Below are positions 29,300 to 42,608 of a stretch of 64,000 nucleotides of DNA, piece by piece (the first letter of the stretch is position 1; every line of letters starts with the position of its first letter). The notes under the pieces were generated by a model. The model saw only the letters and a list, made by a program, of their open reading frames with translations. It made no database searches and was not told the origin of the DNA. Origin of the DNA: Nemertoderma westbladi (taxonomy: Eukaryota; Animalia; Xenacoelomorpha); assembly GCA_032718475.1 (NCBI GenBank), contig JAUCBJ010001957.1:1-64000 (forward strand). Direction: 5' to 3'. The position numbers were made by a program, and so were the translations under genes.

Positions 29300-30400
29300 C
29301 TAAGCTGAGCGAATGCACATATCGGCGTATGAGTACATGTACAGTAATTATAAGCTTTTAGCCTTGGTAGGGATGGGTTTAGACTTGTGTATGTTACATA
29401 TTTAGTTTTATGTTTAGAAGACTTATCTAGAACACGATTTTTAAGTAATGTTAGTGAAGATTCTAGAATATCGCATGGGTTAGAAATGGTTAGGAAGTCA
29501 GTTAAATATTTACTGAGTTTAGAGTCTTTGGGTTAACCATTAGTGCCTCGTAAAGAGGACTCGATTCATTACCACCATTAACATCGGGTATAAATGTCTT
29601 TATAAATTTGGCTGTCCGCATTTTGATTAGGCTGCCAATTGGTGGGCGGAAAAATTCAAGATAAGGAAATTCATTGGGTGTACTGCTTTTTAAACCTAGT
29701 AAAGTTCTGAGAATCTTTCGATACTTGGATTCTACAGTAGTGGGCGTACGTCTATCTCTCCCCATGACTCGCAGTTATAGAGCACGCCATTAAGTAGACA
29801 TGAATCGAGAACAGTTTCCTTCACAACCAATGGAGCATTGGAATTTTCTCTAAGGAAATGCATAGAGTTTAAGAAAATGTTTGTTGTATCCTTTCCTGTC
29901 TTCAACAAACATATCTTGCAGTTTTCCAGAAGAGAAAATAACAGATCCCAAATATGTTTCATGTATAGATGATTTAATATCACCCGATTGAATAATGATA
30001 GGGACGCATTCATGTAAAGTAGCATTGACAGCTACTGTATGGACGCATATTCGGATTGGAAGGGTTTAGTGTAAGGTGCTTGACAGTATTCCTCTAGTTT
30101 AATGGTCTTTACTTCTGCTGATTGACATGATTGAGAAAGCGAAATCGTACCATCGGCATGGATAAGGATGTGGATGCTTTTAATTGCAGCTTCAGATACA
30201 AAACTACTAAAAATCTCAATCAGGCCGAGAGTGTACGGTAGACCAATAAAAGTATTGGGCTGCTGGGAGCACCCTGTCGTAAGGATCTTTATTTTTATTA
30301 TGCTAGAGTATTCGGATTTCAGTTCAACTACTACATACTCTCTGTGTTGAATAATAACAAAGTACATAAATAACGCTGCAAAGTGCTACTGTACTTTGTA
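29300..30400 (-). pseudogene. Decayed non-LTR retrotransposon (LINE) RT and C-terminal region
   Basis: Frameshifted pieces IHILIHADGTISLS (YADD-equivalent), YLGSVI, AFLRENSNAPLVVKETVLDSCLLNGVLYNCESWG and YRKILRTLLGLKSSTPNEFPYLE. Confidence 0.75.
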
Positions 30401-30773
30401 GATAAAAAAATGTAGATAAAAATAGTTATTCACCAAACCAAGCTATCTAGTGCCTAATGAGTGCACGTGCACAGGACTCAGTGGTGGCGTTCTGCAGAGG
30501 AATTGCCTCTGGTCAGCGAGTGAAGCGGTCTATGATTGTAAACAGATACGAATTGCTTTCTGATTCAGGAAGGTGTCCCACAAGGTCAACATGGAGACTG
30601 GCAAACCGTCGGTCGGGTTGTGGCCGATGTGTAAGTGGGGCATGTACATGATATTGCACTTTTGATGCCTGGCAACGATGGCACTCTCGGCACCATCTTC
30701 TGACATCCGATTTTAATTTGTGACAAACAAACCTGGAGGAGATGGCGCGTTGCATTGGGCGGCAACCAGTATG

Positions 30774-32306
30774 TATGGTGGCCCTGAGCGGCCAAAAGTT
30801 TGTTTTTTGTAATCTTTTTTTTTGTTCACCCGACTTTTGTAAACTCGTTCGAACGACTATACAAAACTCGGGAAAACAAATCTAATTGGCTGGAGTGGTT
30901 TCTATACCAACAAACATCCAATCAAGTTTGTTTCCCCGACTTTTGCAAACTCGTTCGAACGACTTTACAAAACTCAGGAAAACAAAAGTTTGTTTTTTGT
31001 AATCTTTTTTTTTTGTTCACCCGACTTTTGTAAACTCGTTCGAACGACTTTACAAAACTCGGGAAAACAAAAGTTTGTTTTTTGTAATCTTTTTTTTTGT
31101 TCTCCCGACTTTTGCAAACTCGTTCGAACGACTTTACAAAACTCAGGGAAACAAATCTAATTGGCTGGAGTGGTTTCTCTACCAACAAACATCAAATCAA
31201 GTTTGTTTCTATAAATAAGCCAATCAGACTGAAGCTGCAGTATCCTTGATCACCTTTTTTTTATCGAATCGGTAAACAGTACCTGTGAATTAATATTAAT
31301 GTGGGCAATTTAAAAAAGATTCGATGTGGTAGCCAGGCCGATTACAGTTTTGAGTTGAACATATTCTGCATTTGAATTGTCTCATTATTAGAATATTACT
31401 TAAAATGTCTCAAAATAATTATCTTCCTTTTACATTTTCTGAAGGCTGTAACAGATTTTCTGTAAATGATTTGATAACTGTCTATTTCTATTTCCAATTC
31501 ACCGCTAAGGAGACAGCCTCTATGTTAAACTCGGTTTATTTTGAAATATGTAGATCCTGAAGGCGTAAAATCTCGCTTACGAAAAACACTTCATCGACGT
31601 ACGCGATACCATTCTAAAGGTTCTAATCACACGGTTCATATTGATGGATATGATAAGTTAAAGCCCTACGGCTTTCCAATTCATGGGGCAATAGTCGGGT
31701 TCTCAAGGAGAGTACGCTGGTTAAATGTCTTGCCGAGTAACAACGATTGACAAACAAACGATCAACAAACTTGATTGGATGTTTGTTGGTATAGAAACCA
31801 CTCCAGCCAATTAGATTTGTTTTCCCGAGTTTTGTAAAGTCGTTCGAACGAGTTTACAAAAGTCGGGTGAACAAAAAAAAAAGATTACAAAAAACAAACT
31901 TTTGTTTTCCTGAGTTTTGTAAAGTCGTTCGAACGAGTTTGCAAAAGTCGGGGAAACAAACTTGATTGGATGTTTGTTGGTATAGAAACCACTCCAGCCA
32001 ATTAGATTTGTTTTCCCGAGTTTTGTAAAGTCGTTCGAACGAGTTTACAAAAGTCGGGTGAACAAAAAAAAAAGATTACAAAAAACAAACTTTTGTTTTC
32101 CTGAGTTTTGTAAAGTCGTTCGAACGAGTTTGCAAAAGTCGGGGAAACAAACTTGATTGGATGTTTGTTGGTATAGAAACCACTCCAGCCAATTAGATTT
32201 GTTTTCCCGAGTTTTGTAAAGTCGTTCGAACGAGTTTACAAAAGTCGGGTGAACAAAAAAAAAAAGATTACAAAAAACAAACTTTTGGCCGCTCAGGGCC
32301 ACCATA
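30774..32306 (+). mobile_element. IS3EU-like DNA transposon (internally deleted) inserted into the Gypsy integrase
   Basis: Long TIRs TATGGTGGCCCTGAGCGGCC...GGCCGCTCAGGGCCACCATA built from ttcgaa-containing subrepeats; perfect 6-bp TSD AGTATG (30768-30773, 32307-32312); transposase fragment 31541-31750 RRTRYHSKGSNHTVHIDGYDKLKPYGFPIHGAIVGFSR. Confidence 0.88.
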
Positions 32307-32362
32307 AGTATGTGCCAGGTTATAAATTGAGTTGAAAATATGCTTAGTCTATGTAGCTAGCA

Positions 32363-33735
32363 CTATGGGACGATTGTTGCCTTAGAGATGGCGCACAGGT
32401 CGGTATAATCGCCGAAAGAGACATCTTTGAGGTTGAGTCCAGATATAGCTGTCCGATGGGATGCGATTTCGTTGGAAGAAAGCTGGTCAGCTGCCAATTG
32501 GCGGTAATCGATAGTAGGAACATGAATCGCGGAGATTGTTGCACTGACTGCCTGAGAGAGTGCATCAGCAACCACATTATCAGAACCATTGATATGGCGA
32601 ACATCGGTGGTAATCTCTGATATGTATGAGAGTTGACGAGTTTGTCGTGGTGATCTGTCGGTGGATGTAGAGAAGGCGAAAGTCAAAGGCTTGTGGTCGG
32701 TTAGGATATGGAACTTCCGGCCTTCAATAAAGTGTTGGAAATGTTTGACTGAGGTGAATATCGCCAACAGTTCACGGTCGAATGTACTGTATTTTGACTC
32801 AGCAGTAGTGGTGAGTTTCCTGGAGAAAAACGCCAGGGGTAGCCATGTATCAGAAACAGAGTTTAGCTGTTCATTTTGGGCTCCGACTGCGACATCTGAT
32901 GCATCGGTGCCGATCCTCATCTCACTCGCAGAAATAGGATGTATGAGAAGAGTTGCAGATGCTAATGTTGCCTTAGCAGCTTCAAAGGCGGACTGACATT
33001 CGGTGGTCCAAGTGATGTCTTTCCCCTTTCCCTTAGTGGCATCATGGAGAGCTGCGAGAGTGGTAACAATACATGGCATAAAACGGTGATAGCAGTTTAT
33101 CATGCCAAGGAAACGTTGTAGGGCGAGTTTTGACTTGGGGTTGGGTATTCGAGGATAGCTGCAACATTAGAGGGAAGCGGAGCGATACCAGAAGCACTAA
33201 CGCTGTGGCCAAGGTATGTTAGTTCTGATACACCGAACACACATTTACCTCTGTTTACTACCATCCCATTGTCCAGGAGGAGGCTGAATACCTGCTTTAA
33301 GTGGTTGACATGTTCCTCTGAAGTGGCGCTAGCAACGAGGATGTCATCGAGATATACAAATGCAAAGGGGACACAATGAAGGATACCATCCATAAGACGC
33401 TGAAAGGTCTGTGCTGCATTCTTAAGACCGAATGGCATTCGTAGGAACTCGAATAGCCCAAATGGTGTTATAATGGCAGTTTTTGGTATATCGCTGGCAT
33501 GTACAGGTATGTGGTGAAAACCTCGCACCAAGTCGATCTTTGAGAAAATGCTCATGTTCTCGAGTCTGGCATTAAAGTCATGGATGTGGGGTAGTGGATA
33601 ACGATCATCTATGGTGACATCGTTGAGCCGGCGGAAGTCTCCACATGGGCACCAGCCACCAGCAGGTTTGGGGGCGATATGGAGGGGAGAGGACCAAGGT
33701 GAATTAGATCGGTGAATGATTCCGAGTTCCTCCAT
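32363..33735 (-). pseudogene. Gypsy RT-RNase H (frameshifted)
   Basis: ORFs 33100-33735 (SPWSSPLH, DFRRLN, MPFGLKNA, YLDD) and 32363-33103 (TDASD, YSTFDRELLA, NVVADALS). Confidence 0.92.
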
Positions 33736-34337
33736 TTTGGCAAATTCTGCCTTGGCGATGGCTAACTTGTCTGTATTGAGGCATCATGCATGAGCGTGGA
33801 GAGGTGGTCCCTCCTTTGTGAGAATGTGGTGTTCCACGCCATGTTTATTGGAGGCTTCAGCAAAGAAACGAGGAATAAGGAGATCAGGGTACTCGTCTAT
33901 AATCTTGTCAAAGGCACTCTCAGATGGGGCATGGATGCCGGAAATGGAGGCCTGAATAGTGGATTCCTGGGGTGGGATCGTGGAAAGCAGCTCCATGTCT
34001 AGAAGGCGGCGCCCAGCCATGTCGATCGCTAAATGGTTATCTGTGAAAAAGTCGGCACCGAGTATGGGCTGAGAAACATCAGCAAGACGAAACTCGTGGG
34101 TGAATGATCGACAACATAGGAGAAGAGGGATGATTTGTGTACCCCAAGTGCGGATGATTGTGTCATTGGCGGCTATGAGAGACTCAGTTCAAGAGTTGAA
34201 CCGTTTGTCGTGGGCAGAGGCAGGGTAGACTGAGTAATCTGCACCGCAGTCGACAAAGAAGTTGCGACCAGAGCGGCGGTCACTGACCATCATTGTTTTT
34301 CTCATCGTCGTTTGATCAAGGCCAACCGCGGAGACGT

Positions 34338-35123
34338 CTAGCGGCCGGCCTGGGAGTTTCCCAAGGTTGAAAACTTGGGCCGGATTGGGGTGGCTGCATT
34401 CGGTACAAGGTGACAGAGGATGCAACCATCATGGTTGTATTTACGGGCATTTTCTCCAAATCTATCGTGGAAATAACAAAGTTCATTCCGGGCTTCTGCT
34501 CTTTGCTTTGAAGAAGGCAGCACTGAATGCGTAGAGTTGATGCCTGGGTGGCCGACATTATTGCCTGAAGCTTCAATAATGTTATCTGCCTCTATTGCCA
34601 GTTGGTCAAGCTCTGACGTTTTGGAGCTAGCCAGGATACGGCGCACTTTGATAGGCATTTGAGCCAGGAAAAGAGCAAGGAATATTGTCTCAGGGTTGCC
34701 ATTGAGAGAACGCATGTGTCGAAGCAGTCCCGATGGTGTACGATACCCAAGACCAGATAATGACAGTAATTCATTGTCTTTGGCCGCTTGAGATTTACCA
34801 AAGGTTTTGATAAGGGCTGTCTTCAAAGTTTCATAGCGATCATCAATTGGAGGGCTGAGGATAATCGATCTAACTTCTTTAGCAGTGGCATTGTCCAGAG
34901 CTGCAACGATGTAATTAAACTGTGTCTTGTTGACAGTATTCAGGGGTGTTCTCGTTTCAAACTGCGCCTCCACCTGAGCGAACCAAACTTCTGGTTCGGC
35001 TATCCAGAACACAGGGAGTTTGACAGAAACGGATGAAATTACTGCTGCAGGAGATGGATCAGTGACAGACGTTGTTAGGTTTTTGATGGCCTGAGCTAGT
35101 AGCTGTATGTCGTTTTGATCCAT
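34338..35123 (-). CDS. CsRn1-type Gag ending in a G GGA AAC -1 frameshift site
   Basis: Open frame MDQNDIQLLA...STLGNSQAGR*; GGGAAAC is the complement of 34356-34362. Confidence 0.8.
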   Translation of the reverse strand: MDQNDIQLLAQAIKNLTTSVTDPSPAAVISSVSVKLPVFWIAEPEVWFAQVEAQFETRTPLNTVNKTQFNYIVAALDNATAKEVRSIILSPPIDDRYETLKTALIKTFGKSQAAKDNELLSLSGLGYRTPSGLLRHMRSLNGNPETIFLALFLAQMPIKVRRILASSKTSELDQLAIEADNIIEASGNNVGHPGINSTHSVLPSSKQRAEARNELCYFHDRFGENARKYNHDGCILCHLVPNAATPIRPKFSTLGNSQAGR

Positions 35124-35156
35124 CGCGTGTGTTTTTGCTTTGTAAAATGAGTTCGG

Positions 35157-35334
35157 CATCTGGGTCACCAGTTTAGCGTGAGATAGTGAGATAAGTTTAG
35201 TGTATTATTATCATTTGATCATTAAAATAATAGGTAATAAAAGTATTAATACATACATATACACGTTTATCAGTACAAAGTGTAGTGATCTAGCTAGCTA
35301 AAATAATCATTGTTTATTGTTTTGCCTAGCAACA
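35157..35334 (-). repeat. Short 5' LTR (~35172-35334) and tRNA-Trp-like PBS (TGGTGACCCA, 35161-35170)
   Basis: Minus strand TGTTGCTAGG...CACGCTAAAC TGGTGACCCAGATG. There is no partner LTR to confirm the limits. Confidence 0.6.
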
Positions 35335-35366
35335 TATCCACAATCCTTAGCTGGAAAACCTAGCAG

Positions 35367-37600
35367 CTAACGTTCTAGTTCCAGGGTCGCCACAATAGAC
35401 AGCAATCCTCCCTGCGGGACTCCCCTCTTTATCAAGGCTCTGGCTGATTGAAGACAGTATACCATTTGGCTGCGTTCACTTAGGTACGATTTAAACCATC
35501 CAACAGTGGCTGTAGAAAATCCATTTGCTCGGAGTTTGAATAAGAGCAGATCGTGATCAACAGTGTCAAATGCTTTGCGCAGATCTATAAATACAACGCC
35601 AGTCATTCCCCCCCCCCCCCCCCCCCCCCCCATCTATACAGCAGCTTATTTGACGTAATTATTTAGATACATCAGACAAGTTTCAACTGAAAATCCTTTT
35701 CTGAATCCGGATTGTAAATGGTCTAATATGTTGTAGAGTACCCAGGTAGCACAGGACGTCCACGAAAGAAATTGAACGTTCATATTTGGTACTTTTTTTA
35801 TGCGAATCTGAACATCAATGAAATATTGTTCAAAATTGGTAAAAATTGCTGACGTTGTGAGTAATTTACCAAATTGTGACGTTCACATTAGGTAATTTAA
35901 CGTCCTAACTTTAAGAAATTGAATATGTACCAAAACAAACGAATATTGAACGTTCAAATTGCGTCCAGTTATGCGTTCATTTTTTTGTACCTAAATATGT
36001 ACGTTGTTTGAACATTTATGAACGTTCAAACATAATTTACTTTAACTTGTTATGTCAATGGCATGTTCAAACTTGTTCGTGATACAATTATCTGACTATT
36101 TATTATTTTGCAATTATTTTTTATGTTGGTTAGCCTACTCCTTGTATGGTTGGTGTGGTTCCGCTTAGTTATATCTGGACTAATGGTTCATTCTCAATAC
36201 AAAACAATTACTTTAAGTAATCGAAATATTATTGATTTATTGAAATTATTGATTATTGAAATTATTGATAACCAATACAATGCTGACGCATATTTTAAAC
36301 AACAAATAACATCAAAATTAGACAAAGGTGATTCTACTGATTACTAAAGCTAATACACTAGTACCATGTCACGAAAAATTGTAATAAAATTATTAGAATA
36401 TATTAGGCCTATTGAACCAAGAAAATAACAAACAAAGAAAACCGCAAAAGTTTGTCTATTTTGATACCAACTGACCAAATACCATTACATTATGTTGAGA
36501 TAAATCGGACATATGGGCGTTGGAATGTTCAAACTTCTATCATGGGTAGGGTAATTTTTTTAAACGCAAAACATTATTTTTATTTTACAAATTTATCATA
36601 TTATATAAACCTTTCTTACGTTTCAATTGCTTTTTGTATGTATTATTGCCTTATTGCATAGATACAAAATTTAAAATATCAATTATAAGGTCATAAAATT
36701 AATTAATTTTTTTAAGATTCATCAATATGAATAATCTATTTTGGCTGGAAATAAGATAAAATACAGAAATCTAACTAATCCAATGCGAATTTGTGGATCA
36801 TCACCATAATATATCATGGATACTCTTATATCACTATCGATTAAATAATTTCATATATACTCTGATGCTTCCTTCTCTAAATGTATAGGGTATTGTAGGT
36901 GTAGGGCCGTAGGATAGGGTGTAGGGATAGGATAAGGTAGGCTACCCCCCCCCCCCCCCCCTCCCCTCTCTACACAGAACATGCACCAATAAACAGTGAT
37001 TGGTTGGTCTCACGTTAAATTTTTACGTTTATTCAACCTAATATGGACCTATAACACACCAGAAATGAACGTCTAGTGAACACGTCATTTGAACATAGAT
37101 TGCCTGCGGTCTCTTTTACGTTCAATTGCCCGTTCATATTACGGTACTTCTGACGGCCAACTTTGAACTATTGAACGTTTAGCATCAATAGCATCTTATG
37201 GGAGAAATACAACGTCATATGAACATAAATCCAGAACGTCTGGACGAATACTGAACGTAAATTTACCGTAAATTTACGTATTTGTGCTACCTGGGTAGGC
37301 CTACTAAATAATGAAATATATGATCACAAAAATTGGCTGATCGAAGACTTTCGATAGAATAGGAAGGACAGATACCGGCCTGTAATTGCTCCGTTCTAAC
37401 CTCACTTCTTTCTTATAAGCAGGCGTGACTTTAGCCAATTTTAAATTAGACAGATAGGTGGAGGTTGCTATCGATCGATTAATTAGATGAGTTAGCAGTT
37501 CAGCAATTTCATCAGCAATATCCCTAATAAATGATGGACTTAGTTCATCAATAATGCCTGCATTTTTATCTGTCTTTATGTTCTTCAACACTTTTAGGAC
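35367..37600 (-). pseudogene. CR1/L2-group LINE reverse transcriptase fragment, split by a MITE
   Basis: AKVTPAYKK..SNYRPVSVLPILSKVF (37304-37591) continues after the MITE as HLQSGFRKGFSVET...GVVFIDLRKAFDTVDH...FKSYLSERSQ...GVPQG. Confidence 0.88.
35741..37295. mobile_element. EnSpm/CMC-like non-autonomous element
   Basis: ta|CCCAGGTAGCACA...TGTGCTACCTGGG|ta; 2-bp TSD; many gaacgtt subterminal motifs; cleanly interrupts the LINE frame. Confidence 0.8.
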
Positions 37601-37611
37601 AGTCGGATATG

Positions 37612-38540
37612 CCGTACGTATCCACGTACTGTATGTGCGTACGTATCCACGTATCTATATTACATTGAGCGATTTCACATAAGCGTAGGCGAATACTGTT
37701 TTCTGATTGGTCCAGATGAGATATGAGAAAAATTTCATACAAAATGCTTAGGCCTAAAGTCTGTAAGTTAAGTTAGATTCGACAATGTGCCCATATATGG
37801 GACCGTTACAGTATGCTAAAAAGCGGAAACAACTGGAAACACGTCATTTTCGTACCGTGTAGATACGATTTGGAATACTATTCCCGAAAAGGTAATGGAA
37901 TGATAATCACGATCTATCGCAATACTACAACTACAGTATGTTTAAAAATAAATTGAACCTGATGGATATCTCGGAAATCACTACTTTTGACAGATAGTTA
38001 TGGTCTATATAATAATTATTTTTCCATTTGCGTGCACTTTTATTTATATTTAGTTACATTCTTACATTGAAATACTATACAGCACACATCTGCCTTTTAT
38101 TGTCGGCAAGTCAGAATTAAATTAAAATTAATTATTTGTAATTTCCATAATTAACAAAGTCTGATTAAGACCATTATGATTTATGTATCATTACTGTAGG
38201 CCTATTATGATTAATGACAATAATTATTAGATTAGCACAACTCACTAAAAATAAAATTCAATATCTCAATGACACACGGTCTGAAAATATGACAGACTAC
38301 AGCAAGCATACTGCCTGACAGACAAATCCGAAACCTGGAAACACCGCGGTGGTACTGTAATGATAGGCCTACAGGTACAGAGACACTGTCAGACTGTTGA
38401 CTTGACAATGATCTCCTATCTTATCTGGACCAATCAGGAAACAGTATTCGCCTACGCGTATGTATAGGCGTATGTCAAATCGCTCAATGTAATGTATAGA
38501 TACGTGGATACGTACTTACATACGTGTAAAAGTTTAACCC
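37612..38540. mobile_element. MULE-like MITE related to 9184-10207; left terminus eroded
   Basis: 37635-37730 (acgtatccacgtatctata..cattgagcgatt..cgtaggcgaatactgttt.ctgattggtccagat) is the inverted match of 38415-38520; right end AAAAGTTTAACCC. Confidence 0.75.
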
Positions 38541-39973
38541 TATGTTTTCTGGTTTTATGCTATTTTAGTTGTTAGTATTCCATTAGGAACATATATCTGC
38601 ATATGATATTGGACAGTTCAGTAGGGAACATACCCTTAAATAAGCTCCAAAAGTGGGTTCTTATTTAAGGAAAATGGCTCTTATTTAGGGGTTTTTGGGC
38701 CTTTTTTGGATATTTTTTCGACATAATATGCAAGAACATATGATATTGGACAGTTCAGCAGTTGGATATAGCAGAATAGACATGATATAGACATACTGCA
38801 GTACTGCTGTATTGTAGTGCTGCAGATTTAGACCTGGCCTACCTGAGACTGGCAGACTGGAGGGAGACTTTTGCAACTGCAGCTCAGCTGTACCAGACTG
38901 TCTGTATCATTACCGTACCGCATACCGGCAGACCGGTAAAGCGTACCCCGTACTACTGTACAGCTGTACTACAGTCAGACAGTACTGCGGGCTGGCGGGG
39001 TTCCTTCCGTTCCTGATCAGCTGATATGACAGTACAGCAGTATCATACCAGGATACTTGATACTGCTGTACTGTTGACTGGTTGACTGTGTAGGGTAGGC
39101 CTTTTACTGCTGTACTGTAATGCCGGCACAGCATTCTTAAAAATGCAGCTGCAATGCAGCATGCCTGTAAAAGCTTTTGCGGAATTAGCCGGTTATTTTC
39201 CCCGTAAAGTACTCTGTAGTTGGTTTAACAGGCATAAAATGCCGTATCCTTACTGTACTGGTGTTTTAGTGGACATAAAAAGCCATTTCTTCTGTATGTG
39301 TACTTTAGCGGACATAATTAGCAATTCTATGTCGCAATACGCGAAATCCTCTTGAAACAGTGTAGTTACTATGACGACAGCTAACAGCTGAGCTGTACAA
39401 GTGTAGCTTTTCCTTGTTCTCTGGTGTTTCTTTGTTCGGTCAACCAATCAGAGCGATTCTCCTGCTTTTTGTACAGAAACCTCCGAGAAATCGCGCAATG
39501 CATTATGGGTCATTGTTTACATTTTGTCCTGAGCCCAGAAGACCGGCTTTGGAATCTCTGTGTTTTCAGTCTTTAGCCCAACATTAGTAGGCTTAATTAT
39601 AGAACGTATATCTGTTATCAAACAAACCTTACTTACTTAACAATTCATACCATACCAAATCACATATCATAACAAGTTATACCTTAACATTGTACTGCTA
39701 TTTACTGTCGGTTATTCATTATATCAGTTGATGGAATATTATTATATTTGGAATACCGATAAATAATTACAAAACCCTCAATCTTCTTGATATACTGAAG
39801 GTAAGAGAGACTGGTTACATATAACGATTGCGACTTACATTAAAGTGGTTTTTGAAGTGAATCTAATCACCAATGCTATTTCATAGGCACTACATGTATT
39901 GGTTGTTGTTCTCTTTATATGTGACTAAAATTAGTGAAGGTCGGCAGATCGGTGTGCAGCATTGTGTATGATT
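38183..39973 (+). repeat. Long direct repeat, copy 1 (partner 61491-63296)
   Basis: Near-identical from atgtatcattactgtaggcc to gtgtatgatt, with a few SNPs and small indels. Confidence 0.95.
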
Positions 39974-40624
39974 GTGACTGATAACAAAGCATCTCCTAAA
40001 GAATGCGCTATATACGTGAATCCATAGCCATCCCGTTGTGTCTAGTTTAAGTCATAACTCTGTTTACATATCTAGAGCGCCACGTCCTAAAGGAACTGTT
40101 AATATTTCCCGAAAGTGAATAATATTTGTCAGAGATTATATATTACGATCAGTCGAATAATACAGTAGGCCTACACCGCAATAAGGTTAGGCTTCCGAAT
40201 CCAGTCTCCCGGGTATATCCAGCGGGTGAATGGTCGCGCATAGACTGGCTTCGGCTAATGTAGTGTATCAAATACTCGTCATAGGCTAAAGACGATTTAT
40301 TATCTAGAAGATATCCCAATTTGGCAGGTTAAACTGCTAAAGGTCTAAAAGCGCGAACAATAACAGATATAGCTTCTGTATTGCAGTAGGCAATAAAGCT
40401 GAAGTACCGGTCAGCCGGTCAACCGGTACCTAGTAGGCCTGACTACCTAACCACCCGGACCGGTACCTACAGCAGTACAGGTACAGCAGTATTATTCGAT
40501 TTGATAATTATATACCGGTAGGCCTTAATATTGAATCAGGGAGGGCCCGCCCTGGTTTTTTATTGAGATTTTACTTATTTCTGTCAGTTTTATTTATTTG
40601 TAGGCCAATATTGAGCAGAAGGCG

Positions 40625-41225
40625 TGTAAGCCTGCTCAGATTGTACAGATAATTTGTAGGCTGGACTGTTGTCTGACTGTTGTTAAGTCTGAAGGGACTG
40701 TAGTGTGTGTAGAGCGTATGTCCGAAAAAGTACTAGTTAGGAAAGTAGGGGCTTCCAGTGCTGTGAGGTAAACCCCCTCGAAAGAATAAGTCGTACTACT
40801 CGGTTAGAACGCATACTAACTAACCATTTCGGAGTCTGCATATACTGTAGTGTATTTAGGCTTGATAGTAGTCTGCCAGCGTTTGGTCTGTACTTTGTTT
40901 GTGTAGTCTGTACGGGTAGCGTAATATTTCTTATTTAGATAATTTGTAGGCTGGATTTTGCCTGGCTGTTGTTAGGTCTGAAGAGATTTCGGTGTGTGTA
41001 GAGTGTATGTCCGATAAAGTGCCAGTTGGGAACGTAGGGGCTTCCTGTGCTGTGAGGTAAACCCCCTCGAAAGAATAAGTCGTACTACTCGGTTAGAACG
41101 CATACTAACTAACCATTTCGGAGTCTGCATATACCGTAGTTTGTTTAGGCTTGATAGTAGTCTGTCAGTATTTGGTCTGCATTTTGTTTGAGTAGTCTGT
41201 ACGCGTAGCGTAATATTTATTATTC
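40625..41225. repeat. Two tandem copies of a ~289-bp unit in the leader
   Basis: catactaactaaccatttcggagtctgcatat occurs at 40812 and 41101. Confidence 0.85.
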
Positions 41226-42608
41226 AGAGTTTATGCGATTATTCGCAACATTCATATCCCCAAGTTTATTCCTACAGTAATTGTGCTTGTTATATATACC
41301 GTTATAGTTAAATTAACCCCGGTACTACATCAGGGCTGCTTGGCGTAGGTAAAGACTGGTGATTTTGTGCCCCGGTCACTCCAGCAGATACCGTGGTTCT
41401 TTTAGCTGTTCAAGTATTTTTAACTACTGATTATTTGTTGTATAAGTACTTGTACCTAATTTAGGGTTTAGTGTACAGTGCTTTCCGAAGTTGATTAGTG
41501 TGTGGGCAGTATATTTGTGTTGTAAAGTGGTTAATAGGCACGTTGGTTCTGGTAGACCGCGGTAATTAACTTCTAGGTAGGAACACTCCGTGATACATAA
41601 CGTAGTACTTATAGCGATACGGCTATAAGTCGTCAGACGGTGGTATTTTCCTATCTGGACAACGCAGTATATTTACTACTACTTATTATTTTCAAATACA
41701 TTTTCCTATCTGGACAACGCAGTATATTTACTACTACTTATTATTTTCAAATACCGTAGTACCCTGTCCGTTGTAATAACCAGATATTCTAACCCTTTGT
41801 TAGGCTGGTTTGTAGACTTCTTGTAAAATTACCCTAAAATTTCGTACTTGTAATTTTTTGTGTTTATTTAGAGATTGTAATCTCACACCGAATTGTACGT
41901 AATTTGTAGTATTAAGTAACTTAGGTAAATTAGAATTATTTGTTTTAGTGTCCAACAAGTAGCACTTCACTGAGAGCGCACAGCTTCTGTGTAGTGACTC
42001 CCCCCAGAAATAATAACATTTATTTTAAATATTGACAAAAACCCATTAAACGGGTATATATATTATAAATCAACTCAAACGATTTATAAATAGTAGGCCT
42101 GCCATACAACAATTAGGTCTCAATATCAGTTGGACTACTGCTCAAATAACGGTAATAAAGTAAGTAAAGTAACCAAGTAACCCCTAAAAATTCAGAAATT
42201 CAATTATTTAAAATAATTGACATACCGGTATTCACGATAGGCTTATTATTTATTTCTATAAATTTAGGCTAAATTATATACCGGTATTCTGTAATTAATT
42301 CTAGTCTGTAATTATACTTATATATATACATTATAAGTGTAAGCTGTATACTGGTATTCACGATAGGCCTATTATATATTTATATATATTTGTGCTGAAA
42401 TTATATACCGGTATTCTGTGACAAACCTAGTCTGTAATAATACTTATATATATACTATAGGCATACCGGTATTCTAATATATTATATATATATCACGCTA
42501 CACTGAGTAGCAGTATCGGTAATCAATTACTAAGCTAACAGCGATACTGAATTACTAGACTTGCTTTAACTGTAATATAGCAGTAGGCATTCAACTGTAC
42601 AAACAAAC

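Larger units (their letters stand above)
30430..35334 (-). mobile_element. Ty3/Gypsy LTR retrotransposon of the CsRn1 clade, decayed and 3'-truncated within integrase
   Basis: Gag VKLPVFW..PEVWFAQVEAQF with CHCC-like CYFHDRFG; protease FVDCGAD; RT YLDD; RNase H TDASD/DRELLA/TDHKPL; integrase HVDLVG..IDRFTR. Several frameshifts and stops; no 3' LTR found. Confidence 0.92.

Noticed and set aside
35607-35631. Poly-Gly-encoding ORF start
   Set aside because: A homopolymer expansion inside a dead LINE RT; similar G/C runs are scattered through the window.
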